Below are positions 1-10,179 of a stretch of DNA of 64,000 nt, piece by piece (positions within the stretch are counted from its first letter, which is position 1; the number at the start of each line of letters is the position of its first letter). The position numbers and the translations under genes are program-made. The DNA is from Gammaproteobacteria bacterium (GTDB lineage Bacteria > Pseudomonadota > Gammaproteobacteria > SG8-11). The stretch covers positions 13,596 to 77,595 of the forward strand of contig JAHECY010000010.1 in assembly GCA_024641505.1 (NCBI GenBank), read 5' to 3'. Below the pieces are notes generated by a model. That model did not search any database. It was not told the origin of the DNA and saw nothing but the letters and a program-made list of their open reading frames with translations.

Positions 1-803
1 TCACCTTCGTCTTTCACCCGGGCCAGCTCCGCGGTCGTGATGCTATAGCCGTACTTGTCGGCAATGGCCTGATAGCGAGGTATGCGCGCGTAAAACAACT
101 GGGGAAACACCCAGCGCACAAAATCGTCAGGATCAACCATGGCCACGTAGGGTAACTGCCGTTCGCTCATGTACAGCGCCAATTGCTCGTCCAGGAACGC
201 TTCCCGGTAGTAAAGCGGTTTCGGCGCCGCCACGCTGCGCCGAATCAACTCGCTTTCGTCATTCTTCGAAGCCTGAATATAAAGGATCAAGGTATGCTGA
301 CTGAGAATGTCCAACACTTGCGGATCATCCAGTTCGCAAATACTGCCGCCGGCATCATTGATGAAATGTTTGTAGCCGTAGATTTCCTGGGCTTTGGTGA
401 TAAAGGCAGGCACATCCTTCATCGCGGCGATTTCCGCCTCGCGGTGTAAATCCTGACGCCGCTTGAATTCCGCCAGCGGCAAGCCCCCCAATTCCGGATT
501 ACCCAGCTTGCCAAGGAAACTCGACACCGGATTGAGGTTGTGCACGGTGATATTATTGCAGATGTAGATCGAATCACTGCGAAACAACTCCTGCAGAAAG
601 GGCACCTGCATGGCCTGCAATTTGATATTGTCCAGAATCGGCTCGTCGAGATACCGGGTACCGATACGATAGTCTCCGGAATAGTGGAACCAGTTTTCGC
701 GCATTAGGATATTGGACAATTGGGTTTTGCCAACTCCCGACATGCCCAACAGGGTAATGGATTTATGTTCCCAGGCGCTGAATGCATCAACATCAAATTT
801 CAC
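1..803 (-). CDS. P-loop NTPase family protein, 5' portion only (gene runs off window start); Walker A motif GMSGVGKT near N-terminus
   Basis: Manual minus-strand translation from GTG at 803 with AAGGTGG Shine-Dalgarno 5 nt upstream: MKFDVDAFSAWEHKSITLLGMSGVGKTQLSNILMRENWFHYSGDYRIG..., open reading frame continues to position 1 with no stop; not in the supplied ORF track because it is edge-truncated. Confidence 0.6.
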   Translation of the reverse strand, partial: MKFDVDAFSAWEHKSITLLGMSGVGKTQLSNILMRENWFHYSGDYRIGTRYLDEPILDNIKLQAMQVPFLQELFRSDSIYICNNITVHNLNPVSSFLGKLGNPELGGLPLAEFKRRQDLHREAEIAAMKDVPAFITKAQEIYGYKHFINDAGGSICELDDPQVLDILSQHTLILYIQASKNDESELIRRSVAAPKPLYYREAFLDEQLALYMSERQLPYVAMVDPDDFVRWVFPQLFYARIPRYQAIADKYGYSITTAELARVKDEG

Positions 804-1078
804 GATAACCACCTTAAAATCAAGTGTTGCCCAGGAAAAATTGCGGTATGGCGGGCTGGGCGCCGTCCATCGATTACGTTACCCTATATTTCAGAGATTT
901 ATCAGATTTCATCCAGAGGCTGGGGGCTTGGATAAAGTCCTGGAAAATCTCCTGAGATTTTGTTGAATTCTAAATCAAAATCCGTGATTCTAGGTAAGCT
1001 TAAATGGCGTCTATTGTACCATTTATTCCACACAATAGTTCTTGTAGAAAGCACATATCAAAACATTACGAGGGTCGT

Positions 1079-3067
1079 ATGCCGTTACCAAACCGGTATC
1101 GCTCGAAATCGTTAATCATGGTCGGTACCTCGGCCATCCTGGCGCTGCTGGGCGCGTTGCTGGCACTGCTGCTGCGCAACCTGGATCAACCGAACATGCC
1201 TCCGGGCGTCAGCCATGACGCGTTCTACCTCCTCGCTTTCATCGGCGTTGTATTAATTGGGCTGGCCACGGTTATCGTCCAACGCACCGGCAGAACCGAA
1301 TCCCTGCTGACTGCCCAGGGCGAACGCATTCGAGCCCTGTATGAAGTTTCCGCACGTTCCGACCTTACTCTGGACGAACAAGTAACCGAAACCTTGCGCC
1401 TGGGGTGCCGCTTGCTGAACATGGAAGTCGGCAAAGTAGGCCGCCTGGACCCGGTGCAAAACACCTCCACCTTTTTGAACACCGTCGCACCAACCGAACT
1501 CGGTCTGCAGCGCGGCATGGTATGGCCCCTGGACAAGACATTCTGCAACATCACTTTCGCCAGCAACGGTCCGATCGCCCTGCACCATATTTCCCAATCG
1601 AATTACCAGCGACATTCAGCCGCGCGTTTTCTGGGCGTACAAGCTTACATCGGCACCACCATCAAGGTACACGGCCAAAAATTCGGCACGTTGAACTTTT
1701 CCAACCGAGCACCGCATACGGAAGCTTTTACCACCCTGGACACGGACCTGGTGAACCTGATGGGAAGCTGGATCAGTGTCATGCTGGAGCGGCAAACCTA
1801 TGAACAGGAACTGGCGCGCGCCAAGGAAACCGCCGAGGCGATGAGCGAGGCGAAAAGCAAATTCCTGGCCAGCATGAGTCACGAAATTCGTACGCCACTT
1901 ACGGCTATTCTTGGCTATTCTGAAATGTTGTTGGACAACAATTCCGGGCCGGAACAACGCGCTCACGATCTGCAGGCCATTATTCACAGCAGCAAACATT
2001 TACAACACATCACCAACGACATCCTCGACTTGTCAAAAATTGAAGCCAAGCGACTGGTACTCGAATACCTGCCGGTATCTCCGGTGCTGTTGCTCACAGA
2101 AGTTCAGGACGTCCTGATCACCCGCGCGCACCAGAAGAAATTAAACCTCAAGGTCGAATACCAGTTACCGCTGCCAAAACATATCATCACGGACGCCACC
2201 CGGCTGAAGCAGATTCTGATCAATCTAATCGGCAACGCCATCAAGTTTACCGAACAAGGGCATGTATCAGTCAGCGTACAGTACCGCAAAGCTTCGCATC
2301 AAATCGCATTTTGCATCACCGACACCGGAGTCGGCATCCGCGCTAGCGATCTCGATCATGTGTTCGACGCGTTTGCCCAGGCTGGATCCGGTACCGCACA
2401 CAGTTATGGCGGCACTGGCCTTGGCCTGAACATTTCCCGGCAACTGGCGCAACGACTCGGCGGGGACATACAGGTGTCGAGCCTGGAACATCAGGGCAGC
2501 ACCTTCACCGCCACGGTCGATATCGGTCCTCTGGGCAATTGCCCGTTGCTGTATGATATCGACGTGGATCAAGTGATCGCCATCGGCAGCGACTACGACA
2601 TCGATTACCGCGGCCTCACCGGAAAAGTGCTACTGGCCGAAGACAGCCGCGAACACCAGGAACTGATCGCCCACTGTATTCAAAAAACCGGCGCACTAGT
2701 GGACGTGGTCAGCAACGGCCGGGAGGCGCTCGAACATGCCGCCAGACACGCATACGATCTGATCGTCATGGACCTGCAAATGCCGGTACTGGATGGCTTA
2801 CAGGCGCTGCACCAACTGCGCGCCGCGAAAAACACGGTGCCGGTAGTGTGCCTGACCGCGCAGGCATTACTCGAGAATCGACAGAACTGCCTGCAAGCGG
2901 GCGCCAACGTTTATCTCACCAAACCGCTGGACATGCAGAATTTTTATCGCGTACTCAAGGACTTTTTACCCACCGGGGGAGTGCCGCTGGACGTCATGGC
3001 TGCGTCAAACCTGCCTCTCAACCTGCCGTGGCATCCAACGGTTGATAAGCAACCTCAACCACTGTAA
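1079..3067 (+). CDS. hybrid sensor histidine kinase/response regulator (N-terminal TM segment, GAF-like sensor, HisKA H-box SHEIRTPL, HATPase_c, C-terminal receiver domain)
   Basis: ORF 1004..3067; H-box [19 protein letters not shown]-boxes [12 protein letters not shown], receiver with conserved D in [13 protein letters not shown]; preferred start ATG 1079 (GAGGG 5 nt upstream), the stretch 1004-1078 is AT-rich and looks non-coding. Confidence 0.85.
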   Translation: MPLPNRYRSKSLIMVGTSAILALLGALLALLLRNLDQPNMPPGVSHDAFYLLAFIGVVLIGLATVIVQRTGRTESLLTAQGERIRALYEVSARSDLTLDEQVTETLRLGCRLLNMEVGKVGRLDPVQNTSTFLNTVAPTELGLQRGMVWPLDKTFCNITFASNGPIALHHISQSNYQRHSAARFLGVQAYIGTTIKVHGQKFGTLNFSNRAPHTEAFTTLDTDLVNLMGSWISVMLERQTYEQELARAKETAEAMSEAKSKFLASMSHEIRTPLTAILGYSEMLLDNNSGPEQRAHDLQAIIHSSKHLQHITNDILDLSKIEAKRLVLEYLPVSPVLLLTEVQDVLITRAHQKKLNLKVEYQLPLPKHIITDATRLKQILINLIGNAIKFTEQGHVSVSVQYRKASHQIAFCITDTGVGIRASDLDHVFDAFAQAGSGTAHSYGGTGLGLNISRQLAQRLGGDIQVSSLEHQGSTFTATVDIGPLGNCPLLYDIDVDQVIAIGSDYDIDYRGLTGKVLLAEDSREHQELIAHCIQKTGALVDVVSNGREALEHAARHAYDLIVMDLQMPVLDGLQALHQLRAAKNTVPVVCLTAQALLENRQNCLQAGANVYLTKPLDMQNFYRVLKDFLPTGGVPLDVMAASNLPLNLPWHPTVDKQPQPL

Positions 3068-3533
3068 AGACCTGCTCACCAGCGGCCAACTGCACGTGAA
3101 TTTCATCATCCACGGCATGCTTCAACAAAGCCCTGGCCACCGGGGCATCCATGCTGATATAACCACGTGTCACGTCGAATTCGTCCGGTCCAACGATACG
3201 ATACACCAGCTCCTTGCCGGCCAGGTCTTCCAGGCGCACCCAGGCGCCGAAGTAGATACGGCGGGTATCCGTTGGCAAATCACAGACCACATGCAATTCG
3301 TCGAGGCGTTTGCCCAGATAGCGCAGCCGGCGGTCGATTTCCCGCAATTGTTTTTTACGGTAAATATATTCAGCGTTTTCAGAACGATCACCCTCCGCCG
3401 CCGCCGCCGTCAAGGCCTCGGTCGCTTCCTGGCGGGTACGCCAGAGGTCCTGCTGCTCCCGGGCCAGACGCGCATATCCTTCCGGCGTTATGTACGGGGA
3501 GCCCCTAGACTCAGGCGGTCGATAACGTCCCAT
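3018..3533 (-). CDS. greB: transcription elongation factor GreB
   Basis: Gre-family hallmarks [10 protein letters not shown]...[26 protein letters not shown]...[12 protein letters not shown]; internal Met chosen as start (ORF track extends upstream to 3611 with non-Gre-like N-extension). Confidence 0.85.
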   Translation of the reverse strand: MGRYRPPESRGSPYITPEGYARLAREQQDLWRTRQEATEALTAAAAEGDRSENAEYIYRKKQLREIDRRLRYLGKRLDELHVVCDLPTDTRRIYFGAWVRLEDLAGKELVYRIVGPDEFDVTRGYISMDAPVARALLKHAVDDEIHVQLAAGEQVFTVVEVAYQPLDATAG

Positions 3534-3659
3534 AAAACTCCTCCCAATCTGACTGCTTGCGCTCAACTTAACACTCTGTAGCCGCCAAGGACACCGCCAA
3601 CCTGCGTTCATGCCTTTAATAACTTAGCGGCAAGCTCAGGATCGAAAACTTATCCTTCA

Positions 3660-3673
3660 TTGATCCAAATCAA
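3660..3673 (+). promoter_or_regulatory. FNR/ANR binding site, perfect consensus TTGAT-CCAA-ATCAA, centred ~72 nt upstream of mini-ORF 3739
   Basis: Sequence ttgatccaaatcaa read directly; matches TTGAT-N4-ATCAA FNR/Anr box; lies in greB/fnr intergenic space immediately upstream of fnr locus. Confidence 0.6.
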
Positions 3674-3738
3674 GGCAATTCCCGGCAGCATGGCGATAAT
3701 AGATCTCAGTTCGACAATTTCTGATAAGGGAGATGCCT

Positions 3739-3828
3739 ATGGATGCAATGTCGTTAACGGTAGCCCTGTTTGGCTCGGCTTTTATGCTGCTGATCATTGG
3801 CCTGGCTACCGACGCTAAAAAGCCTTAA
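3739..3828 (+). CDS. 29-aa hydrophobic mini-protein (MDAMSLTVALFGSAFMLLIIGLATDAKKP), single predicted TM helix, candidate FNR-regulated small membrane protein
   Basis: ATG with AAGGGAG Shine-Dalgarno 6-7 nt upstream; single hydrophobic helix; FNR box upstream; followed by hairpin aacgcgac-N14-gtcgcgtt plus T-tract (3887-3935). Confidence 0.4.
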   Translation: MDAMSLTVALFGSAFMLLIIGLATDAKKP

Positions 3829-4008
3829 GAATCACCCCCGATCCTTATTGCTCAATGAGATATTTAAGCTCTTAACTCCAGCCTGAACAACGCGACCCCC
3901 CCATGCTAATCGTCGCGTTGTTCTTTTTTCTTTGCTGGATAGAAAAGCCCTGCAGCATTCGGTACAATAAGCTTAGATAATCCGTTATATATTAAATTAC
4001 TAATAAAG

Positions 4009-4758
4009 ATGTCCGCCGTTAGTCGTAATCCAGTTGATCTCCTCCGGGGGGATAAGCGCGTCGAATGCCAAAATTGCGCCCTGTTCCGCATATGTTTGCC
4101 GAAACATGTCAGCGCCGCCGATTTGTCTTCCCTGGAAGCCATCATTATCAAACGCAAAGCGACACCACGCGGTCAGCCCCTGTTCAAGGCGGGCGATAAA
4201 TTCTCGTCGATTTACGCCGTACGTTCGGGCGGCATCAAGACCTACCGCACCGACGCCGAGGGTAACGAGCAAGTTTGCGGCTTTCACCTGCCGGGGGAAC
4301 TCGTGGGCCTGGAAAGTATCATCAGCGACACCAGTATCAATAGCGCGAAAATGCTCGATACCACGAGCGTGTGCGAGATTCCGTTTCCCGAGCTCGAAGC
4401 GCTGCTGCCACGCATGCCGCAATTGCAGAAAGAATTAACGCGGTTGCTCAGCCGAGAGATCGTCACCAGTCAGTGGCAACTGAGCCTGCTGGGCAGCAAG
4501 AAGGCCGATGCCAGGGTTGCCGCGTTGTTGTGTAATATTTCCGATCGGCTGGAACAACGCGGCTATTCCGCCACCCGCTTTTCCCTGCCCATGTCACGCA
4601 GCGATATCGGCAACTTTCTGGGCCTGACCATTGAAACCGTGAGCCGGAGTTTTACCCGGTTGCAGCGCAAGGGGCTGCTCAGCGTCAAAGGTCGAATGGT
4701 CACCCTGTTGGACTTGGACAATCTGCGGCGACTGGCAGGCCACACCACATTGCATTAA
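4009..4758 (+). CDS. fnr: FNR/ANR-type global anaerobic regulator (Crp/Fnr family)
   Basis: N-terminal Cys cluster C-X2-C-X5-C (CQNCALFRIC) plus fourth Cys in EQVCGFHLPGE, cNMP-binding fold, C-terminal HTH (RSDIGNFLGLTIETVSRSFTRL). Confidence 0.9.
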   Translation: MSAVSRNPVDLLRGDKRVECQNCALFRICLPKHVSAADLSSLEAIIIKRKATPRGQPLFKAGDKFSSIYAVRSGGIKTYRTDAEGNEQVCGFHLPGELVGLESIISDTSINSAKMLDTTSVCEIPFPELEALLPRMPQLQKELTRLLSREIVTSQWQLSLLGSKKADARVAALLCNISDRLEQRGYSATRFSLPMSRSDIGNFLGLTIETVSRSFTRLQRKGLLSVKGRMVTLLDLDNLRRLAGHTTLH

Positions 4759-4776
4759 AACCGCAAATGCCCAGAC

Positions 4777-4815
4777 GATCCGCGCCGCGGATCGGCACTT
4801 CAACTTTTCTTATAA
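4777..4815. terminator. candidate bidirectional rho-independent terminator between convergent fnr and MMPL genes
   Basis: Perfect inverted repeat gatccgcg-c-cgcggatc followed by T-rich run cttcaacttttcttataaatttttc. Confidence 0.5.
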
Positions 4816-7094
4816 ATTTTTCGATCCAACACAAACAACAGCGGTGGCAAAAAGAAAAAATCGGCGATCCAGGCATAAGCCAGGGTGACGGACAACAACA
4901 ATCCAGTGACCCAGGTCGGGCCGAAATGGGAAGCAGCCAGCACCAGAAAGCCGGCCACCAGCACTACCGTGGTAATGGTCAACGCCGTACCCACGGTCTG
5001 AAAGGCATAGCGCATACCGTCAACCAGATCCAAACCGCGCTCCCGACGCGCACGGATGTACTTGCTGAGAAAATGCACCGTGTCATCGACGACGATACCC
5101 AGGCTCATGCACAACACCACCGAGGCGGAAAGATCGACCCGACCATTAACATAACCCCAAGTGCCATAGGTAAGCGCCGCTGGCGCCAGATTGGGAATCA
5201 GACTGACCAGCCCCAGACGCACCGAACGCAGCGCAACCATCAGCACCAACGAAATCAGCAGCAAAGCCAACAGGCTACCCTGCACCAGACTGTGTATATT
5301 GCGATGATTGATGTGGGCGAACACCATGTCCATGCCCGTGCCTTCGCCCACCTTAATGGTCGGCGCATGCGCGCGTAACCAGTCATGGGCCAGCGCATCC
5401 AGCTCCAGAAGCCGTTCCGAATCCGTTATCTTGATGGACGCTGACAACTGAGTCGCGCCGTGCCCGGAATCCACCATGTTCTCCAGACTAAGCTCCGGCG
5501 GCAAACCCAGCTCGTATAAAAAATACAGCTGAAACGCCAACGCCCGGTTATCAGGCACCCGATACCACTCCAACGAATCATTGTGCAGGGTTTGATTGAG
5601 GCGTTTCAGCAGATCCACAATGCTGCCGACATGCGCAACATCCGGTTGCTGACGCAACCACCGGGAAAAATCATCGAGGGCACGCAGAAATTCCGGATCA
5701 TAGATGCCATCCGCTGCGCCGCTGTCAAAGACATAGCGCATGGTCTGCACACCACCGATATTGTGTTCCACGGCATCCGTTGCCCGCCGCACTTCAAAAC
5801 TGCCGTCGAAATAATCATGCCAGCGCTCAGACAAGACATTACGCGGAATCCCGCTGGCCAGCGCAATGACAACCACACCCATGATCAACAGCAGTTTCCT
5901 GTTATGCTGAATAATCCAATTCGCCAACCGGTCCATCGTGGAACTCGCGCCCTTGCCCGCATGGGAGCTGCCAATATTGAACCATGCCAGCATTGCGGGC
6001 AATAACGTCAATGACAGACAATAGGCAATAAACACACCTACCGCCACCATATTGCCGAGCATGCGATAAGGCGGTGAGTCGCTGAAGTTCAAACACAACA
6101 CACCGATGATCGTGGTAAGACTGGTAATGAATACCGGATTGGCATTGATGCGCAAGGATTCCCGCACCGCGTCACGGCGCTCCTGTCCCAGACGCAGACC
6201 GTGAAAATAACTGATCAGGATATGCACGCAATCGGCCACGGCGATAGTCATGACGATACTCGGCACCCAACCCGCGACCGGCGTCAACACCAGACCCCAC
6301 CAACCGAAAAATCCCATAGTGGCTATAGTGGCGACGCTAATGACCAGGATGATTGCCAACATGCCACGTACGCTGCGTAACAACAGCAGCAGCCCGCCGG
6401 CAATGATCAAATAGCTGAGCGCAACCAGGGTACGCAAATCCTGCCCCACGGCTTCACCGAGAGTAACACCGGCTGTGGCTCCGCCTCCCAACAGGATATG
6501 CACCTCAGGATTTTGCTGCGCGATTCGCGACTGCAACACACGCGCCGCCGCCACGGCTTCATCGGGCGCATGCACCTGAGCTGCCGGCAGGTCCAACTGC
6601 ACCACCACGCCGGTAGCACGCCCGGAGCTCGGCACCAAACGTCCGGCCAGCAACGGTTCAGCCAGTGCCAGCGCGCGAATTTCGGCAACACGTGCCGTGG
6701 TCAGCTGCTCAACATCAGTTACCAGACTCTCGGTATGCAGCACGTCGGCGCGCGCTTCGGTGTGCTGGTAGTTACTCAGGGAATCCACGCGTCGCACATA
6801 GGGCAGATCCCAGGCGACTTCGGTAAGCTCATGAATCAGGCGTAACACCGGCACTGTAAATACGTCGCCGGCGACCGGTTCGATATAAAAATAAATGACA
6901 TCAGTCCTGCCGAATCTATCCTCCAGATCTTCGAAGGCCGCCAGTTGCGGATTATCGGCGCTGAAGTAAACGCGAAAATCGTTGGTAATACCGAGATTTC
7001 GGGCACCATAGGCGAGCAACATGCAAATGGCCATGGCAGCAACCACCACGGTTTTGTGGTGACCGATAACCCAATCACTATAGCGCCGCAACAT
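4800..7094 (-). CDS. MMPL/RND-superfamily exporter (12 TM, two large periplasmic loops; HpnN/MMPL-like lipid exporter family)
   Basis: 764 aa; two repeated 6-TM bundles (e.g. ILVISVATIATMGFFGW..., LLALLLISLVLMVALRSVRLG...) typical of MMPL_fam; operon partner 7165..8289. Confidence 0.8.
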   Translation of the reverse strand: MLRRYSDWVIGHHKTVVVAAMAICMLLAYGARNLGITNDFRVYFSADNPQLAAFEDLEDRFGRTDVIYFYIEPVAGDVFTVPVLRLIHELTEVAWDLPYVRRVDSLSNYQHTEARADVLHTESLVTDVEQLTTARVAEIRALALAEPLLAGRLVPSSGRATGVVVQLDLPAAQVHAPDEAVAAARVLQSRIAQQNPEVHILLGGGATAGVTLGEAVGQDLRTLVALSYLIIAGGLLLLLRSVRGMLAIILVISVATIATMGFFGWWGLVLTPVAGWVPSIVMTIAVADCVHILISYFHGLRLGQERRDAVRESLRINANPVFITSLTTIIGVLCLNFSDSPPYRMLGNMVAVGVFIAYCLSLTLLPAMLAWFNIGSSHAGKGASSTMDRLANWIIQHNRKLLLIMGVVVIALASGIPRNVLSERWHDYFDGSFEVRRATDAVEHNIGGVQTMRYVFDSGAADGIYDPEFLRALDDFSRWLRQQPDVAHVGSIVDLLKRLNQTLHNDSLEWYRVPDNRALAFQLYFLYELGLPPELSLENMVDSGHGATQLSASIKITDSERLLELDALAHDWLRAHAPTIKVGEGTGMDMVFAHINHRNIHSLVQGSLLALLLISLVLMVALRSVRLGLVSLIPNLAPAALTYGTWGYVNGRVDLSASVVLCMSLGIVVDDTVHFLSKYIRARRERGLDLVDGMRYAFQTVGTALTITTVVLVAGFLVLAASHFGPTWVTGLLLSVTLAYAWIADFFFLPPLLFVLDRKIYKKS

Positions 7095-7164
7095 ATCCGC
7101 TCTCCATGCGTACCCATACCCCCGCTTAGTTGCCTGACAAGAACAACATCAATTCATTGTCATA

Positions 7165-8289
7165 TCATATTGAACCGATAATCGCTTCCAGATAAAAAGT
7201 CAATGTCGGTTCAGGCTTGAAATACTGCTCCTCATTGAAACTTATCTTAGGCTGAATCTCAAAGAACAACCAATCCCGACGCGAGGCACGCTTGCGGATG
7301 CGCGCGCCGAAATAATAACCTGTGGTACGGGTATCAGGCTCGGTTTCACCGAACATGCCGGCGTTGAATACCAGCGCATGACGCGGATCAAGCTCATGAT
7401 ACAGGCTGACTCCCTGGGCGTAATTGAACTCATGAGTCTTGTTGGTCCAGATGGCGTTGGCGCTAAAACGCAACAGATCGTTCCAGCCGGTGCGTGTTTC
7501 GATATCGAACTGGGTCGACTCGCCCAGGCCTTTGGCATCATGCCAGAATACCAGCTGAGTAAAGCGAAAACTCCATCCTTGCACCACATCCATGCGCCGC
7601 AGCCGCCCACGTATGAATTCCTGAGGAGGATCCTTCAGCACGACACCGGCGTCCGCATGTACGTTCCATTTACTCGATTCCGTGACCACATAGCGCAGGG
7701 CCGTGGAATAATCGGCGCGACCGCCCGCAAACACCCGGTTCTCCTGCTGCTGACCATCCGTCTGGAATTCCTCTTCCGCGTCGGAAGCGAACAGAATATT
7801 GAGCTTCTTCTCAATCCGCGGCAGATCCAACTTCAGTTTGATACGGCTCACCTCGTCGAAGCCACCGTTGGTATTGGCAACCAGCCCGTAGCCAAAACGC
7901 AGAAAACTGCCGCGTGCTTCTTCATCCAGTCGTTTGTCGCCGAAAAACAGGTCCACCGAATCCACGAAATCCACGAGTTGCGCGGACAAAAAATCATGGG
8001 CATAGTCCAGCATGTTCAGCGCGGACTGCATCATTCCCGGCGCTTCCTTGACGGCATCACTGCGTTCTTCCCCCAGGTCCGCCGACTCCCCGGTCTCCCC
8101 GGTCTCCCCGGTCACCCCGGTCACCCCGGTCACCCCGGTCTCGACGGTCACCCCGGTCTCGATGGGTCCGACGGTCTCGATATCGGCACCACGCTCGGCA
8201 CTGGGCCAAGCCTCGGCAGCGCTCAGGCACGGCACCTGCATCCCGGCCCACAGACAGCCCATCAATATGAAACTGGATCCTCTAGGCAT
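7165..8289 (-). CDS. secreted/outer-membrane protein of unknown function, partner of MMPL exporter; signal peptide ...CLSAAEA; contains (V/E)TG tripeptide tandem repeats
   Basis: 374 aa, N-terminal signal peptide, alternating hydrophobic beta-strand-like segments; 9-bp DNA tandem repeat encodes ETGVTVETGVTGVTGVTGETGETGE. Confidence 0.55.
   Translation of the reverse strand: MPRGSSFILMGCLWAGMQVPCLSAAEAWPSAERGADIETVGPIETGVTVETGVTGVTGVTGETGETGESADLGEERSDAVKEAPGMMQSALNMLDYAHDFLSAQLVDFVDSVDLFFGDKRLDEEARGSFLRFGYGLVANTNGGFDEVSRIKLKLDLPRIEKKLNILFASDAEEEFQTDGQQQENRVFAGGRADYSTALRYVVTESSKWNVHADAGVVLKDPPQEFIRGRLRRMDVVQGWSFRFTQLVFWHDAKGLGESTQFDIETRTGWNDLLRFSANAIWTNKTHEFNYAQGVSLYHELDPRHALVFNAGMFGETEPDTRTTGYYFGARIRKRASRRDWLFFEIQPKISFNEEQYFKPEPTLTFYLEAIIGSI
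8085..8165. repeat. 9-bp tandem repeat ccggtc(a/t)cc x6 plus degenerate copies inside CDS 7165..8289
   Basis: Read directly: ccggtctccccggtctccccggtcaccccggtcaccccggtcaccccggtctcgacggtcaccccggtctcgat. Confidence 0.8.
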
Positions 8290-8446
8290 GCACAGGCACC
8301 TTGTTCATGCTACGCAGCCAATACCAGCAACTTCCGCGCCGAACAAGTGGTCGAAAGCTCGGCAGCGTCCCCGATTTAACCTTAACGCACCAACCTTATT
8401 ATCGCCATTGCCAATGGAGTTGGCACCCGTCGCCGGGACACTGATT

Positions 8447-8764
8447 TCAATAAAATTCTGTTTCCTGGATTTCGCCGCTGGTGTTAATACGCACCCCTTG
8501 CACACCGGAAATGCGGCTTACGATGTAACCGGCCATCAACATCAACAGAGTCTCGTTTTCCATTTCAACAGCGGTCAAAAGCTTATCGGCGGCGATCTGG
8601 CAGCGTTCGACCTGACCAGGATTTGCGACCCAGGTCGCTCCCATTTGCCATCCGCTGTCCATATCCTGGTCCATTTTGTCAAAGAAATCCCCGCCGTCGT
8701 CCATAATGTAGGGGGGTATACTGATTTGCATCTGTCGATCACCGATCTGAATCTGAAACAACAT
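8447..8764 (-). CDS. hypothetical acidic cytoplasmic protein (105 aa), possibly first gene of the MMPL operon
   Basis: ORF with coherent composition; same strand and 158 bp upstream of 7165..8289; no family recognised by eye. Confidence 0.45.
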   Translation of the reverse strand: MLFQIQIGDRQMQISIPPYIMDDGGDFFDKMDQDMDSGWQMGATWVANPGQVERCQIAADKLLTAVEMENETLLMLMAGYIVSRISGVQGVRINTSGEIQETEFY

Positions 8765-8883
8765 AAAATAACCTTTTTAAATCAAACATTGGCATCTTAC
8801 CAGATGCGGGCGTTAAAATGTGCGCCTGCGCCACCCCAGACACGGTGGCAATTCCAATAATCAGACCATAACGGGAGCATGGC

Positions 8884-9366
8884 ATGGTAATTCTTGAAAC
8901 ATCCGCGGGGAAAATCAGCGTCGAATTATTCGAAAAAGAGGCACCGATCAGTGCCGAAAATTTCCGCACCTATGTCCAGGACGGATTTTATAACGGCACA
9001 GTGTTCCACCGGGTCATTCCAGGCTTCATGGTCCAGGGTGGCGGCATGACCGCGGACATGCGGGAGAAGGCCACACGCGCCCCCATTAAAAATGAAGCGA
9101 CCAATGGTCTTAAAAATGCCCGTGGCACTTTATCCATGGCGCGAACCCAGGTGGTAGACAGCGCGACTTCCCAATTTTTTATTAATATCGCCGATAACGA
9201 ATTCCTGAATAACGGCGCTCGGGACTTCGGTTATGCGGTGTTTGGCAAGGTAGTGGATGGCATGGATGTCGTGGATCGTATCGCTGCCGTAAGCACCGGC
9301 AATAAAGGCGGTCATCGTGACGTCCCGGTGGAAGCGATTACGATTGAATCTGCCACGATCGTCTGA
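8884..9366 (+). CDS. ppiB: peptidyl-prolyl cis-trans isomerase B (cyclophilin type)
   Basis: Cyclophilin signatures [32 protein letters not shown]; 160 aa. Confidence 0.92.
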   Translation: MVILETSAGKISVELFEKEAPISAENFRTYVQDGFYNGTVFHRVIPGFMVQGGGMTADMREKATRAPIKNEATNGLKNARGTLSMARTQVVDSATSQFFINIADNEFLNNGARDFGYAVFGKVVDGMDVVDRIAAVSTGNKGGHRDVPVEAITIESATIV

Positions 9367-9393
9367 AATTAACCCGGTTGCGGAGATAATACC

Positions 9394-10179
9394 ATGAACC
9401 CTTTACACCTATTAGCGTTGGCGCTGTGCCTGGCGGGTACGATGGCACAGGCGCAAATCATTACTAAAGAAGTGGACTACAAGACGGGCGACCAGTCGCT
9501 CAAAGGCTATCTTGCTTATGATGATGCCGTTAAGGACAAACGTCCGGGAGTACTCGTGGTTCACGAATGGTGGGGGCACAATGAATACGCGCGCTCACGT
9601 GCCCGCAAACTGGCAGGCCTGGGATACACCGCATTCGCCCTGGACATGTATGGTAAAGGTAAAGTCGCGGATCACCCCAAAAAAGCCGCCAAATTTTCCA
9701 AGGCCGTATGGGCAAACCTGCCGGAGGCCCGCCAACGTTTTCAAGCCGCCTATGATTTGCTTGCCAAAGAGGACACCGTCAATGGCAAAATAGCCGCCAT
9801 TGGCTACTGTTTCGGCGGCAGTATCGTGCTGGAAATGGCGCGCTCCGGCATTGATCTCAAAGGTGTGGCCAGTTTTCATGGTAGCTTGAGCAACCCCAAT
9901 CCTCCCTCGAATAACCCAATCACGGCCAAGATCCTGGTGGCCAACGGAGCCGACGACCCCTTCGTAAAACCAGAACATATCAAGGCATTCAAGAAAGAAA
10001 TGGCCGATGCCAAGGCGGATCTTCAATTCATCAGTTACCCGGGGGCCAAGCATGCCTTTACCAACCCGGACGCCACTGTCCTGGGAGATAAATTCGGATT
10101 ACCACTGGAATATAACGCCGAAGCCGATAGCAGCTCCTGGGAAGCACTGCAGACGTTTCTCGCCAAGGTGTTCGAATAA
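9394..10179 (+). CDS. dienelactone hydrolase family protein with signal peptide
   Basis: DLH motifs HEWWGHNEYARSRARKLAGLGYTAFALDMYG, nucleophile elbow IGYCFGG, C-terminal H in GAKHAF. Confidence 0.85.
   Translation: MNPLHLLALALCLAGTMAQAQIITKEVDYKTGDQSLKGYLAYDDAVKDKRPGVLVVHEWWGHNEYARSRARKLAGLGYTAFALDMYGKGKVADHPKKAAKFSKAVWANLPEARQRFQAAYDLLAKEDTVNGKIAAIGYCFGGSIVLEMARSGIDLKGVASFHGSLSNPNPPSNNPITAKILVANGADDPFVKPEHIKAFKKEMADAKADLQFISYPGAKHAFTNPDATVLGDKFGLPLEYNAEADSSSWEALQTFLAKVFE

Noticed and set aside
1004-1078. Upstream ATG start for the hybrid sensor kinase
   Set aside because: AT-rich, no RBS; ATG 1079 has GAGGG at ideal spacing and begins the basic/TM N-terminus.
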